From NCBI GenBank assembly GCA_030704615.1, contig CM060732.1, forward strand, positions 2,046,001-2,110,000: DNA of 64,000 bases, given 5' to 3'. The notes beneath the pieces were generated by a model, which did not search any database, was not told where the DNA came from, and was given only the letters and a program-made list of their open reading frames with translations. This stretch comes from Takakia lepidozioides (Eukaryota > Plantae > Bryophyta). This document shows, piece after piece, positions 24,444 through 37,009 of the stretch. A program made the position numbers and the translations under genes. The first letter of the stretch is position 1, and each line of letters begins with the position of its first letter.

Positions 24444-27400
24444 GTTGCGACTGCTAGAAGTCGCCCGTCAATGGTAATGCGACGGGTCTGCGACGCAGAG
24501 AGGCCCTATTTAGTGTTTCTTTGCAAAGGTCATTGCAAAGGTCAGGGTCAATTGATCCCCTTCTTCCAATCTTTATAGTGCTCCTTCTCTCTTGCTGTAT
24601 AACAGGGCCAAAGTTCTTTTCTACCACCATTGGTGCCGATCCCAGCAAACTTGACGGCCGCCGCCACATCCTCCTCCTCATCCCTTCAGGTGGGATGATG
24701 ATTTTTAGCACACGCACATGATTTTATTTTATTCCGTTCCCAAGCCATATGCTTAATGACAGCGTTTGCAATGCGTGTGCAAATTTTGGGAGTAAACAAA
24801 AATCATTTGGACTGAAAACCATATTTTCTTCCCTCATTTGCACTCCCAAGTTGAGTTATTTTCAACTTCATGCACTCTCCATAGAGAGTTCCGCAATAGT
24901 GAGTGAAGGAAACTCTTTGTTTTTTTTGTTTTTTTTTTGTCCAATTTTTTCCATGGATGTAGTGGTATGGGGTTTGCATTCACAAAACAAAATAGAGCTA
25001 AAACAAAAATCATTACGTAGGATAAATCCGCAATCATAGATATTGTAAATGCAGGGGGTTGCAACCTCCAGGGGTCGCCTTGCGTCAGCATTGAGATGCC
25101 CCAACAGGTCTGCGATGGCGGGGAATCGCAATATCGCCTTTTCTATGTCTTTGCAAAGGTCATGGCAAAGGCCAAGTTGAATGGATCCATCGTTGCAAAT
25201 CTTTTTAGTCCTCCTTCTGTGCTACAATATAACAGGTCTATCTTGCATGTGGGAGACCGTGATCAACCCGGGCGGCCTTATTGTTAAAGACAAAGGGCAG
25301 GAAGAGGGGGTGGGGACACTAGGAAAGGAAAAAGGAAGGGCCATGGGATTAGAGGGTTGAGGGTAGATTGCTTTGGCAATGGCTTTAGCAACATTGTTGT
25401 CTTTCACACCAATTTCAAATATTCTTTCTGTTGCATCGAGATCATGGTAACCAAATCGATTGAAGGGTTTCCAGGGGTAAGTCTTGGTCAGCACTTGTAG
25501 AACAAGAACCATGTCTTCCAACATTCTTGCCCTCGTACAAAAACTCAACAATCCTAGAGTCACTTTTCGAGTCACAACTTCACTAGGATCATTCCTAGAT
25601 CGCAACACCTACAAAGGATTTTTTTCATGGATTTTTCATTAATCAATCATAGAAATAAGCTACATGCATGTACATGTACAATCAATCGAAGGGATGGGTA
25701 CAATTCTGTGCGAGAATTATTATGTAGCTTTGATCACGTGTCTAAACAACTTGAACATCATCATCCGGAGCTTCTTCGTCCTCATCAAGCTGCAAGTCTT
25801 CTTGCTCATCAGAGTCATTGTCATAAATGGTCTGGTCACCAAGGCACATCTGAATCATCTTCCACCTCGGTTTCAATGACCATGTCTTCATCTTCTTCTC
25901 CAACATCCACATGTGATGGAGCCTCATTGTATAGGGTCCGGGATGCATTGTCCGGGGCGTCATCATTCTCTTGTACCCCCTCTATCCAACCTCGGCCAAC
26001 ATCAGCGTCATCATGACCAGTCTTTTCCTCCTCCGCATCTGCCTCGCCCCATGTAGATCCCCGACCATGATAGATACGTCTTCCTCTTGGCTGAGCATGC
26101 ACAACCACCTTCCAATTTCCTGATCCTGAGAAGAAAACTTGCTCCATGTCTGAAGGCCATGAAAAAGGCTCATCGGAGGGACGATGAGTAGACTCGAGCC
26201 TATCTATATTGACGCGCATGAAACCACACTCGTCTTCCACTATTGTTGCGGATGGCCCCACAAGATGTGGCTGGAACCACCTTGACTTGAAGATAAGAGG
26301 TTGGTGCCTTGTATACTGAAGTTGGAGTATGATCTCAAGCTCTCCAAAGTAGTTGAGTGTGCTCATGGTAGGTCGTTTATCTCCCCTGCCCCACACGGAG
26401 TCTTGCCAATATGAGGCACACAAGCCAGAATCAAACGTTGTTTTGCGCTTCATGTCAAGAGCACGAATGCGGAAATGACGACCATGAACCCAAACCGCCG
26501 TGTATGAGGTCGCAAATTGAGAGGGGCCCCTTGCAATATCTTGCACCAAATCCGAAACCACCTCACCTTTCGCAATGTTATCCTCTACTTCAGTCCGAAG
26601 CCAATGGTGGAATGCACTTAGAGGCTACAATTCCATGGGCAATTCTTGTGAAGGCACATTCCTACGCCGGCCCCTTGCTCGCGGAGCGCATGTAGTCGCC
26701 CTTGCATGGTTCCTGGGGGGTGCACTTTTTATAAAATGTGCGTATCACGTGCGTTCGCCGACTAAAAAAAAAACCCCCTGTATACGGGTCCTCGGATAAT
26801 TTATATCCCCTTTGTACATACTTTTTGAGGATTATAAAACCCTCTCCTGTACATATACAAAAATTTATAATTTAAAAAAAAAAAACCCCCTCTATGTGTA
26901 TATTCTCCTTTTCAATCATTAAAAAATACCCTCAAATATGTATATGTATGTTTTTATATTATATCAAGTTTATTCATTAAAAAACAGAATAAAATCCAAT
27001 AAATTAATTAAAAAGATATCTATTTGCCCTTGATAAGATTGTCAAAGACTTTCCGCTCATTGTAATTGTGTTTTTCTCCAACACCACATATCTTCCATAA
27101 TACCAATAAGTTGAGCCAGCTTATAGAGTAGTTTTTAAGCTACCTACCATGCTGATTAAATACTAAATAGTACGATGGTTTCAGTTCTGAATCAGAATGT
27201 ATTGTTCAAGACATCTTATCTCCAAGAGTCTGGGGTTTTCAGATGTATAATGTTATCTTTGGATTAACCACCAAATGGTACAATGTATACTCTTATCTAT
27301 GGCTGGTGAACAGAACCATGCCAGTATATTCTGTATACTTTAATGATAAAGAGCACTAAGAGTATGTGTTGAACTCAAGGCTGGTACAGATATAAGTTGC

Positions 27401-27544
27401 TTGGGGAAGTGAAAGCCTAAGTAATAAGGGCATTGGGAATTGCAGAGTTCAACATGGAATTTTAGGGCCAATTCTGATAAGAGAGAAGAACAGGGTGAAA
27501 TGTATCCCTTAGTGATTTTCCTTCCCTAGATAATTTGGACTCTC

Positions 27545-29240
27545 AGAATGACACAAAGTACAACAATTCCAGCTTTTGACAATGTCACCATGGACCTCTT
27601 CCCCCTTTTCCAGGTCTGCCCACACTCCCTTTGCATCCTCTACGCACCCGCATTTGGCAGATCTGTCCACCAGGGCACTATTCAGGATGACATAAGGTAC
27701 AATTCCAGCTTTTGACAATGTCACCGTGGACCTCTTCCCCCTTTTCCAGGTCTGCCCACACTCCCTTTGCATCCTCTACGCACCCGCATTTGGCAGACCT
27801 GTCCACCAGGGCACTATTCAGAATGACATAAGGTACAATTCCAGCTTTTGACAATGTCACCATGGACCTCTTCCCCCATTTCCAGGTCTGCCCCACACTC
27901 CCTTTGCATCCTCTACGCACCCGCATTTGGCAGACCTGTCCACCAGGGCACTGTTCAGATGACATAATGTACAATTCCAGCTTTTGATAATGTCACCATG
28001 GACCTCAGCTTCCCCCTTTCCAGGTCTGCCCCACACTCCCTTTGCATCCTCTACGCACCCGCATTTGGCAGATCTATCCACCAGGGCACTATTCAGGATG
28101 ACATAAGGTACAATTCCAGCTTTTGACAATGTCACCGTGGACCTCTTCCCCCTTTTCCAGGTCTGCCCCACACTCCCTTTGCATCCTCTACGCACCCGCA
28201 TTTGGCAGACCTATCCACCAGGGCACTATTCAGAATGACATAAGGTACAATTCCAGCTTTTGACAGTGTCACCATGGACCTCTTCCCCCTTTTCTAAGTC
28301 TGCCCCACACTCCATTTGCATCCTCTACGCACCCGCATTCGGCAGACCTGTCCACCAGGGCACTGTTCCAGCTTTTGACAATGTCACCATGGACCTCTTC
28401 CCCCTTTTCCAGGTCTGCCCCACACTCCCTTTGCATCCTCTACGCACCCGCATTTGGCAGACCTGTCCACCAGGGCACTATTCAGAATGACATAAGGTAC
28501 AATTCCAGCTTTTGACAATGTCACCATGGACCTCTTCCCCCATTTCCAGGTCTGCCCCACACTCCCTTTGCATCCTCTACGCACCCGCATTTGGCAGACC
28601 TGTCCACCAGGGCACTGTTCAGATGACATAATGTACAATTCCAGCTTTTGATAATGTCACCATGGACCTCAGCTTCCCCCTTTCCAGGTCTGCCCCACAC
28701 TCCCTTTGCATCCTCTACGCACCCGCATTTGGCAGACCTGTCCACCAGGGCACTATTCAGATAACATAAGGTACAATTCCAGCTTCTGACAATGTCACCA
28801 TGGCTCTTCCCCATTTTCCAGGTCTGCCCAACACTCCATTTGCATCCTCTATGCACCCTTATTTGGCAGACCTGTCCACCATGGCACTATTCAGAATGAC
28901 ATAGGTACAATTCCAGCTTTTGACAGTGTCACCATGGACCTCTTCCCCCTTTTCTAAGTCTGCCCCACACTCCATTTGCATCCTCTACGCACCCGCATTC
29001 GGCAGACCTGTCCACCAGGGCACTGTTCCAGCTTTTTGACAATGTCACCATGGACCTCTTCCCCCTTTTCCAGGTTTTCCCCACACTCCCTTTGCATCCT
29101 CTATGCACCCGCATTTGGCAGACCTGTCCACCAGGGGGCACTATTCAGAATGACATAAGGTACATTAATTTCAGCTTTTGACAATGTCACCATGCACCTC
29201 TTCCCCCTTTTCCATGTCTGCCCAACAGTACTCCATTTGA
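27545..29240 (-). repeat. Tandem array (~13 x ~136 bp) derived from PLS-class PPR coding sequence
   Basis: Each unit translates GEEVHGDIVK/AGIVPYVILNSALVDRSAKCGCVEDAKGVW (cf. GKEVH...SALVDMYAKCG..EDA). A higher-order period of ~660 bp is visible. Confidence 0.9.
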
Positions 29241-29369
29241 ATGGACTCTATGCACCAACTTTCTGAATCTTGAGGCTGAGCCAAAGCTCAGCCCCTAAAT
29301 CACCCTCTCTGCACTAGACTTAATTCAACTCAGGGGGGGAACCCGACCTTTGCTCCATCACTATGCTCC

Positions 29370-29850
29370 ATGACACAACATTGCATACACAACCCCTTAG
29401 CTGCCCATCACTCCCTTTGCATCTTACACATACCCACATTTGACATACATGTCCGCCAGGGCAGCTTTCATAATGACATCTGATACAATCACTACAGCTT
29501 TGACGATGCCACCGTGGACCTCTTCTCCAATCTCCAGGGCTGCCAAGCTTGTACATGTGCTCAGAGGTCTCCAAAGCCTCCCTCCTCTGCCTTGTAGCGC
29601 TTATAGATTCCACCATCACGCTCTATGACACCAAATTCCGTTCAGACATACTGCCCAAACCACCCCTTTTTAATGATCCTCATGCACCTCGCATTTGGCC
29701 ATACATGTCCACCGCGGCACTGGTAAGATTGACATCTGATACAATCCCAGCTTTGACATCTGATACAATCCCAGCTTTGATGATGCCACCATGGACCTCT
29801 TCCTCATTTTCCAGGGCTGCCAGGATCGCACACGCATTGCAAAAACAAAC
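29370..29850 (-). pseudogene. Degenerate PPR (PLS) fragments, likely progenitor of the array
   Basis: NACAILAALENEEEVHGGIIKAGIVSDVNLTSAAVDMYG and NVVSWS. Confidence 0.75.
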
Positions 29851-32800
29851 GAATGTGACTGGCCTGGGCTGGAAAGAATACCAAATCATGGTACTAATAG
29901 GAGGCAAGAGCCCGCATTTCCAGGATGAGACAAACTTCTTCACATTGTACCTTAAGAACGCCACACCTTGCGACTGCAGTTGTCCCACCATCGTGAAGGA
30001 TCTTTAAAAAACTTTTGTCAGCTCTGCTCCGTGCTGCAAATTCAGGGGCGCCCGAGTGTGATGAGAGGGAAAAACAGGCTGAAATAGGTCAAAGAAGAAG
30101 GTGCCCTCACCACATTGTCCTTGACCTTGTGTTGTGACCCACGAAGGATTTGACCTCCCATCAACCCCAAAATGATCTCTTCTGTGTGCTGCTGTGGTTG
30201 TGTAGTCAGGTAATGTCGGATTGGTCTTTGAGAACCACCACAGTGCAGCTGAGCAAGCAGAGATTGAAACATGGCTTGCTAAGACCAAGCTGACCCTCCC
30301 AAGAACCTTGTAAACATCAAGAAGAATACCATGCCCTGCGGTCGACCACCCACCCACGAACGCGGGAGAGGAGGGGAGAGGAGATGAGAGGAGATGAGAT
30401 GAGAGGAGGGAAAAGAGAGAGCAAAAAAAAGGATACCGCAATTTGATCCCGCCGTGCATCGTGGACTAAATGATGTCCTTACCACTAGACTACCCCTTAC
30501 AATTCAACAAACCCCTCCTGTAACATTATATTTAACGTGTTTTAAATCCCCTATTTATGTATAATGTTGTACATGGGGGGTTTAAAATACCCCCCTCATG
30601 TGCACGCATGTGGCTGGTACATATTGGCTGGAGTGCACCCCCCAGGGCATGGTTCCGCCTCCACGTAACCGTCTCCTCCTATCGTTGTTGAACAAGGTTA
30701 TTGTATCTTGCCTCCCACTCATGTATGGATGGGGTGTTCTTCAATATGAACTCATGCGCTTGGTTAATCACCATGATAGGTAATTTTACCCTCTTTGAAT
30801 TTTTGGGCAAAACGATGTCCTTGGTTCATACATCCTCATCTTCCTTCCACATCGCAGGGGCTTCCTTATCCACCCTTGCCAAGTACTCCATGCAGTAGAA
30901 CATAGCCTCTTGCAATATATACCCCTCCGCCATGCTACCCTCGGGTGGTGCCATTTGTCTTACATGTGCTTTCAAAGTCTTCATGTATCGCTCAAGGTAG
31001 TACATCCACCGAGAATGAAAGGGGCCGGAAATAAAAGCTCTTCCACTAAGTGCACTACCAAGTGCACTTGGATATCAAAGAAGGAGGGATGAAGGGTGCA
31101 TCTCCAACATACACATGACACCACCGCCTCCTTCTTCATGACATGGAAAGTCCGCTTCCTCCAGCTCTTTGGAGCAAATCCACCAAAAACGCAATTAAAA
31201 GCCTCTTCCACTAAGTGCACTACCAAGTGCACTTGGATATCAAAGAAGGAGGGATGAAGGTGCATCTCCAACATACACATGACCACCACCGCCTCCTTCT
31301 TCATGCATGGAAAGTCCGCTTCCTCCAGCTCTTTGGAGCAAATCCACCAAAACAATGTTCCCATCTATAGACTATCTCGCGAACCTCGGAGTCAATGTCC
31401 CACGTACTACAATAGGCAAGATGTCTTGCAATAGATTGTGGTAGTCATGAGACTTCAACCATGGACCCCGTCTTCGTTGAACTTCATACTACGGAGGGAT
31501 GACCCATAACCAGTGGTGTTCGGACAGCTCCTATGGTGGCTATCACTTTCTTGTATTCCCTCTCCTTTGTCCATTGCCAAGGTGCGCGCCTATACTTCCA
31601 CCATACAACACCCTTTGGGGTCCACACGCCTATACTTCCACCATACAACACCCTTTGGGGTCCACAAATTCTTACACGTCTATTTTGTCGTGAAAGTGAC
31701 AATGGAAATCATACAAAACATGCAATATCATATGCATGCAATATCATATGCATGCGTAGCAATATTGATGGTGTTTTTGTGGAATATGTACCGCCCAATA
31801 TGGCAACTCGTAGAAGATTGAAAGCCGCTTCATGCTGGGCACCTTCACTTCACCGGACCCCTCCGGATGGGCCTCCTTCCATCGGTCTTCCCAAAAGTGC
31901 CCGGATGGTGTCACAGGTGGGGGACGTAACTCCACTTTGCCATCAAACAAGTGTTTGTCTCTTCTTCAATGATGGCTCATAGGAAAAAACTTGCGGTAGT
32001 TGGGATACACCATCTTGCGAAGATTGTTGGAGCTTTGTGCATCAAGTTCATCGCCACAATGCAGGCATGCATGGTACCCTTTAGTGCTCAACCCCGAGCA
32101 AATAGTAAGTCCTGTAGACATTCCGCCGCATTAGGAAAGACAAAAAGTTTCCATGTGCATCTTGACAGGTAAATGTACGCGGGTTTCTCATGGGGAACAT
32201 AATATACCTGGATAATCATGCATTGTCCAAAGCAAGATGCCTCTCATCTGAAAAGATTGTCCGGCCATAGGGTCAAGTGAAGCATCCAATGCCGGGACCC
32301 CCCTCCATAGCTCCTTCAGTTCATCAACTAGAGGTTGCAAGTACGTGTCCATGTCTTTCACTTGTTTTTTCCCTATGTGACATTCACACCATTAATTGTT
32401 TCAATGCTCCACCATGCTAATTATACTTCATAATGAATGACACATCTTACTACATGATTACGTCACTCATCAATCTTCCATCGGAATTGCGCCAAAGAGA
32501 AGAAGATTAATGTAAAATCCAAAGAAATAATAAGCATGAAATGGGTACACTCACCCGGTACAATGGCAGCCAACATGATATGGCCTTTTTTTATTGAAAG
32601 ATACGGAGGGATGTTGTAAGTCACCATGGTCACCGGCCAAGTGGAATGACTACATGACTGGACAGAGTATGGGTTGACCCCATCCGAGGAGAAGCCGAGG
32701 CGGACATGTCGTGGGTCCTCCAAGAGAAAAAGCCACATCTCTTTAGTATGCATCCATGCTTGTGAATCTTGTGGCCCGCACACCTTTCTCGGGGGGCTCC

Positions 32801-33926
32801 GATGCGAGGCGTGCCATCTCATCAGTTGTGCCAATGAGGGGCTTCGGTAGTGTGCCTGCAGTCGCAGGATGATTGGAAAGTAGTGCATTTTCTGGCACAA
32901 TCCCCATGTCGGCCCCATATCATAATCAGTGTCATTCATATCTCTAAGTAAAACCTTACGTCTTGTAGCGGTTGCAAAAAGGTATAATGCAATATACAAG
33001 TGTATTGTGGCGCGGGTATACCTTGCGCGGGGCTTTCTTCCCTTGAACATCATCCCGATATCGGTCTTTGTTGCACTTTGGACACTTGGTGAGTTTCGCA
33101 TCCTCTCCGTAGTACAGGGTTTTATCACATGGACATGCATGAAAAATCTTATAGCCCATCCCCATAGCATCCAAGGCTGCTATTGCCTCTTTTCTTGATC
33201 GTGGCATTCTCAGCTTCAAATGTGGGGCAAGGATGTAGTCCGCAATAGTCCGCATTATGGCGGACATACCCACATTGCTTATGCCAAACCGGATTTGCAA
33301 ATTCAGCAACAACAAGGTGGTTGAAAGTCTACTCACTTTGGCCCCTTCGTATAAGGGAGTTTTGGCTTCTTTTTCCATGTCATTCAAAGAGTCTGTGTCC
33401 TCATCTACCATCTGATGCATTAAGAGGTCCTCCATTGCTGCCACATCCTCATGCATAATTCCATTGTCATTGTTGTCCTCATCATCGGAGACCTCCATTT
33501 CAGACGGGGTCGGGTCCCTTTGATACGCACCCCCCTCCGAAGGAACAAAATCTCGGTTCATGACAAGATCATGAACTTCATGAATTAACGTCGTGGGGTT
33601 GTGGCCGGCATCCTAAGATGCCAAAAACAACCATGTCATTATTAGTTTCCATACATGGCGTTGTTCATTATCATACAGGATAAAACCCAAAGTACACATT
33701 ATACACACGAGGGGAATACATACATTGCTTCACCACATGAAGGAGACACTATATAATTCAAAATACCCAAATTCACATATAACGTCCACCCAAACTCCCT
33801 TGAATATAGCATGAAAAACTGCATCCAAATACACATCAATGCCTATGTATATGTATACATGGTGGAGGAAGCCACCTCAATGTACAAAATGTCTTCCTAC
33901 GTCCATCTACACATGATGAAACTTGG

Positions 33927-34934
33927 CTAACGCCTAAAGTCATACTCTGCAAACAACTCCTCTCCAGCCCTAATGGTCCTCCTTGCACATGTCATCACAA
34001 AAGTGGTGATGTTAGGGTCCAATCTACTATCCCTGTCATGGCGCCCATCCCAAAACACGTTGGCGGTGTGGCCCGGCGGTAAGGTAACTGAACTGTTGAT
34101 GAGCCCAACCACGTTGCCGTATACATCGGGGTTTCCGTCACAATAAATATGGGCTTTACGGTCCAAATTTCTCGCCCTTACATCATTGTCGTTCACAACA
34201 AGGATGTAAGGATGGATCAAGGACCCAAGGCCGTGTGTCTGCAATAATTGCCACTCCCGGTGGGTGTACCTTGGCCCAAAATAGGGAACAAATCCACAGA
34301 ATCCTCTCCTCCCCCCAAAACTACATCCTCCATAAAAAAAAGTCCGCGACCCATACTAGGGTCTAATCCCTCCATCACGCAATACATGCGACCCCAAAAA
34401 AGAAATGGCTCACCCTTGGGAATCGGAACTGGACAAGGCACAAGACATTGGTAGAAATGGGGTTGGACTCCCATCGTGAATAGCTCCCTGCACCACGATG
34501 ACGTACGGTCCGTCATGAGGCTGGCAAAGACGCGGACCAACCGTGCGAAACAACTTCGGTCCACCTCTCCTAGGGGGCGGCGCCCGTCCACCACTTCGGG
34601 GGCCCTTCTCCCAGAGTGGGAACCCAGTGATCCATCGGTCCCAGTCATACACAGTCCCCAAAGGTGGTAGGATCCATCCGGGTTCTGCCGGAGGACCCGA
34701 ATACGGACTCAATGGTGGCTGTGGTCTCGGCAATGGAGGGGAAGGGACACGTAGGTTGGTATGAGAGATCTCGTGTGGAGGTAGTACTGGCCGAGATGGC
34801 CGGGATGGCGATGGTGATGAGGAAAGAACATGTACAATAGGAGGAACGGACGATGTTGTCTCGCCCTCAGCAAGTGGTTGTGGCACAGCCGGCAACGAAT
34901 CCTCAATCGTGACACGTCGATAAACACGCGGCAT
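33927..34934 (-). pseudogene. SET-domain (lysine methyltransferase-like) gene with Pro-rich N-terminus, about two frameshifts
   Basis: MGRGLFFMEDV...LF/PYFGPRY...PYILVV...YCDGNPDVYGNVVGLINSS...ANV...VMTCARRTIRAGEELFAEYDFRR. This matches SET motifs GxG, YxG, GNxxRFINHS and AxRxIxxGEELxxxY. Confidence 0.8.
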
Positions 34935-35099
34935 GACCTAGCACGAGAGAGAGGTAGAGTACCGTATTGTGACCCACTGCAACCTCTGGAGGAGTTACAC
35001 TCCCAACCCTTGGAAAAACTTGAAAAAAAAACCCTACAAACGTAAAGCCCATATGTCCCCACCCCACAAAAAAACGAAACCCTAAAAACAAAACTATAT

Positions 35100-35260
35100 T
35101 GCAGCTAATCCTAAACTAACTATATTATAACTAACCCTAAACTAAACTCTGAAACTAAACCCTAAACTAAACTATGTAACCCTTAAAACCCTAAGAGCCA
35201 AAGACCCAAAAACCCAAATGATCCTTGCAAAACCCCATAACCCAAAAAACCATAAGAAAA
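35100..35260. repeat. Degenerate plant telomere-like (CCCTAAA / CTAAA) tract in a probable 5' intron
   Basis: aaccctaaactaaactctgaaactaaaccctaaactaaac. Confidence 0.5.
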
Positions 35261-35742
35261 ATAAAATAAAATGAGAGGCCTCTTCAACTCACATTTGCGC
35301 CAGATCTGCATCTCCACTGCGACTGCCGTGCGACGTCCCACTAAGGCAGCGATGCCCGTGCGATTCACCAACGTCGCAGAGGATCCTCCTCCTGCCAAGG
35401 TGGCCGCCCTTCTCTCCCCTTCGCGAAGGCGCCTGATCGCCGCCGAGGTTTTCCGGTGGGGTCGCCACACTAGCGCGCCGCGGCTGCACCGACCACCTCT
35501 CACTCCCCCTCTCAATCTCTCTATCTGATCTCTCTCTCCCTCACCCTCCTCCTCTCACTCTTCCTCCCTCCCCTCCCTCCATCCCTACTTTGTTTTTTTT
35601 TGCTCTCGAGCTCTCCCGGGCGCGACTACCCCCGCGCGCCGAAGCGTTTTTCGGCGGCGGTGACGCAACACTGACGCGCCACGACGTTCAAACCCGCGCG
35701 CGCCCTCTCTCTCCCTCTCTCTCTCCCTCTGTACATGGATCC

Positions 35743-36720
35743 TGTTGGTAACCTATTCCATAACCCAGAGGGTTTGGTACTAAGGTAGTTTTTGACTAAA
35801 CTATAATTAACTTTCTGCTATCTTCATCCATACCGGATATAGTTAATAATGGATGAATTCCATTAAATGTTAATTCTGGTTATCATTTTTTACCTGGTTC
35901 CTTTGGATTATTAAGGTCATTTATATCTAACCCTAATGAATGCCAGGTTCTGGTCATCGATTTTAGGATGTCATCCCTGCTGGATGACATGGCGATGACA
36001 ACAGGGGAATATTCACTTATTTTTCATCCCACATGGATGAAATCGCAATGGTTTGCCATATTTCCTCTCCTACCATAAAACTTGCACGATACTGTGCGTT
36101 TTTTCTACGGGAGATGAAGTGATGGTGTCAGAGGGATCTCTTAGCATGAATTTTATGATTTTGATGGCTATGGAGACGCTTCAATGCTGCTTACAAGTAC
36201 TCTGGCAAGATTCCAGTCCTTTCTCAGCTCCCTTGAGATGCGTAACGGCAGCAGTGCTTCAATTCCCTCAGTATGGTGGCCTATTCCCTTGGCGGGCAAT
36301 CTACCTTAGGCTGCCCGATTGCTTGTAGATCCTCTCTGGATCATTAAGTTTCAGCACTGCTCATAAAAACTCAGGGGGTTTCTTCACCTGTTAAAATGCG
36401 CATAGATTTCAGTAAACCATTGCTTGTTTGTGTTGTTGATTGTCAAGTGCTTGGAGTGATGTCGAGTCCTCTTCCGCAATCGATTAAGGTTGTGTATAAC
36501 CTTGCTTGTGTTTAGAATTGATTCTTGCTTTAGAACTCATGTTGTACAGCGATAACAAGCGTGAGACCCGATTCACCTGGGGTTCCACAATTCTCACTAA
36601 CCTGTTGGTTCTTGTGGGGGCTTGTGATGGGACCAGGTGAGGGTCCTCACTTAATGTGATTTTTGAAGCTTGAATCTGATGACAAACCTGCAAGTGAAGT
36701 GACATCGACATCAACTGATT
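35743..36720 (+). mobile_element. LTR-like sequence
   Basis: Starts TGTTGG and ends ...ACATCA, followed by a PBS-like actgattatcaag. It contains TCATCC-Nx-GGATGA palindromes, and 36460-36650 is homologous (inverted) to 40885-41085. Confidence 0.45.
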
Positions 36721-37009
36721 ATCAAGGGAGATGTCTCATTTTTGCCTCCCTACCTTGACCAATCTGGATATGCTTACAACCTTTATCTCTGTGTTGAAGC
36801 AGCAAGTGCATTAGCGAGCCTTTTTAGAACACATGAATTCTATTAAGGACTCTGGGTTATGATTTCCGCTGCACTAAAATATGGTACTGGAAGTAGGTTT
36901 TCCAGACCAAATATATGCTCTTTTTTCATGCTTAGAGCACGATTTGCTACTCTGATACGTACACTTTCAAACAACACGGTAGGGGAGAGGCTAGAGCTTG
37001 CATCTGGTT

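Larger units (their letters stand above)
19600..25040. repeat. Dispersed ~150-450 bp repeat family, five copies in both orientations
   Basis: Core ttaatgac..atgcaatgtg..tgcaaaatttg...aaaacc.tattttc.tccctcatttgcact..aagttgagtt..caacttcatgca. Copies at ~19600-19870(-), ~20560-20900(-), ~22750-22875(+), ~22920-23390(+) and ~24745-25040(+). Confidence 0.85.
26712..30646. mobile_element. 3.9-kb non-autonomous TIR element with 8-bp TSD, carrying captured PPR sequence
   Basis: Perfect 15-bp TIR CCTGGGGGGTGCACT / AGTGCACCCCCCAGG and perfect TSD GCATGGTT (26704-26711, 30647-30654). It is inserted in the CACTA transposase. Confidence 0.93.
25836..33600 (-). pseudogene. CACTA TnpD/Tnp2 transposase (Transposase_21, DUF4218, DUF4216), frameshifted and interrupted
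   Basis: IFHACPCDKTLY...CPKCNKDRY; EDPRHVRLGFSSDGVNPY...HSTWPV; DMDTYLQPLVDELKELW; SIFYELPYW; KSHDYH; PSFFDIQVHLVVHLVEE (internally duplicated ~185 bp); ERYMKTLK...PEGSMAEGY; YFGELEII...DEPF...QVFF...WKVVVH. Confidence 0.93.
19145..35740 (-). mobile_element. Large CACTA/EnSpm element with nested insertions (only one terminus visible)
   Basis: CACTACTATG at 19145 is followed by CGACG-rich subterminal repeats to ~19575. A minus-strand TnpD-type transposase and SET gene lie inside. GC-rich 5' sequence at 35290-35730 is cut by an LTR-like insert. The extent is inferred. Confidence 0.55.

Noticed and set aside
24454-25608. Two short related minus-strand ORF remnants ending DLC(N/H)DLCK
   Set aside because: They are probably decayed CACTA-internal coding sequence, but too fragmentary to assign a product.
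27545-29240. Functional PPR gene
   Set aside because: The ~136-bp units frameshift repeatedly and cover only part of a PLS triplet, and there is no E/DYW domain.
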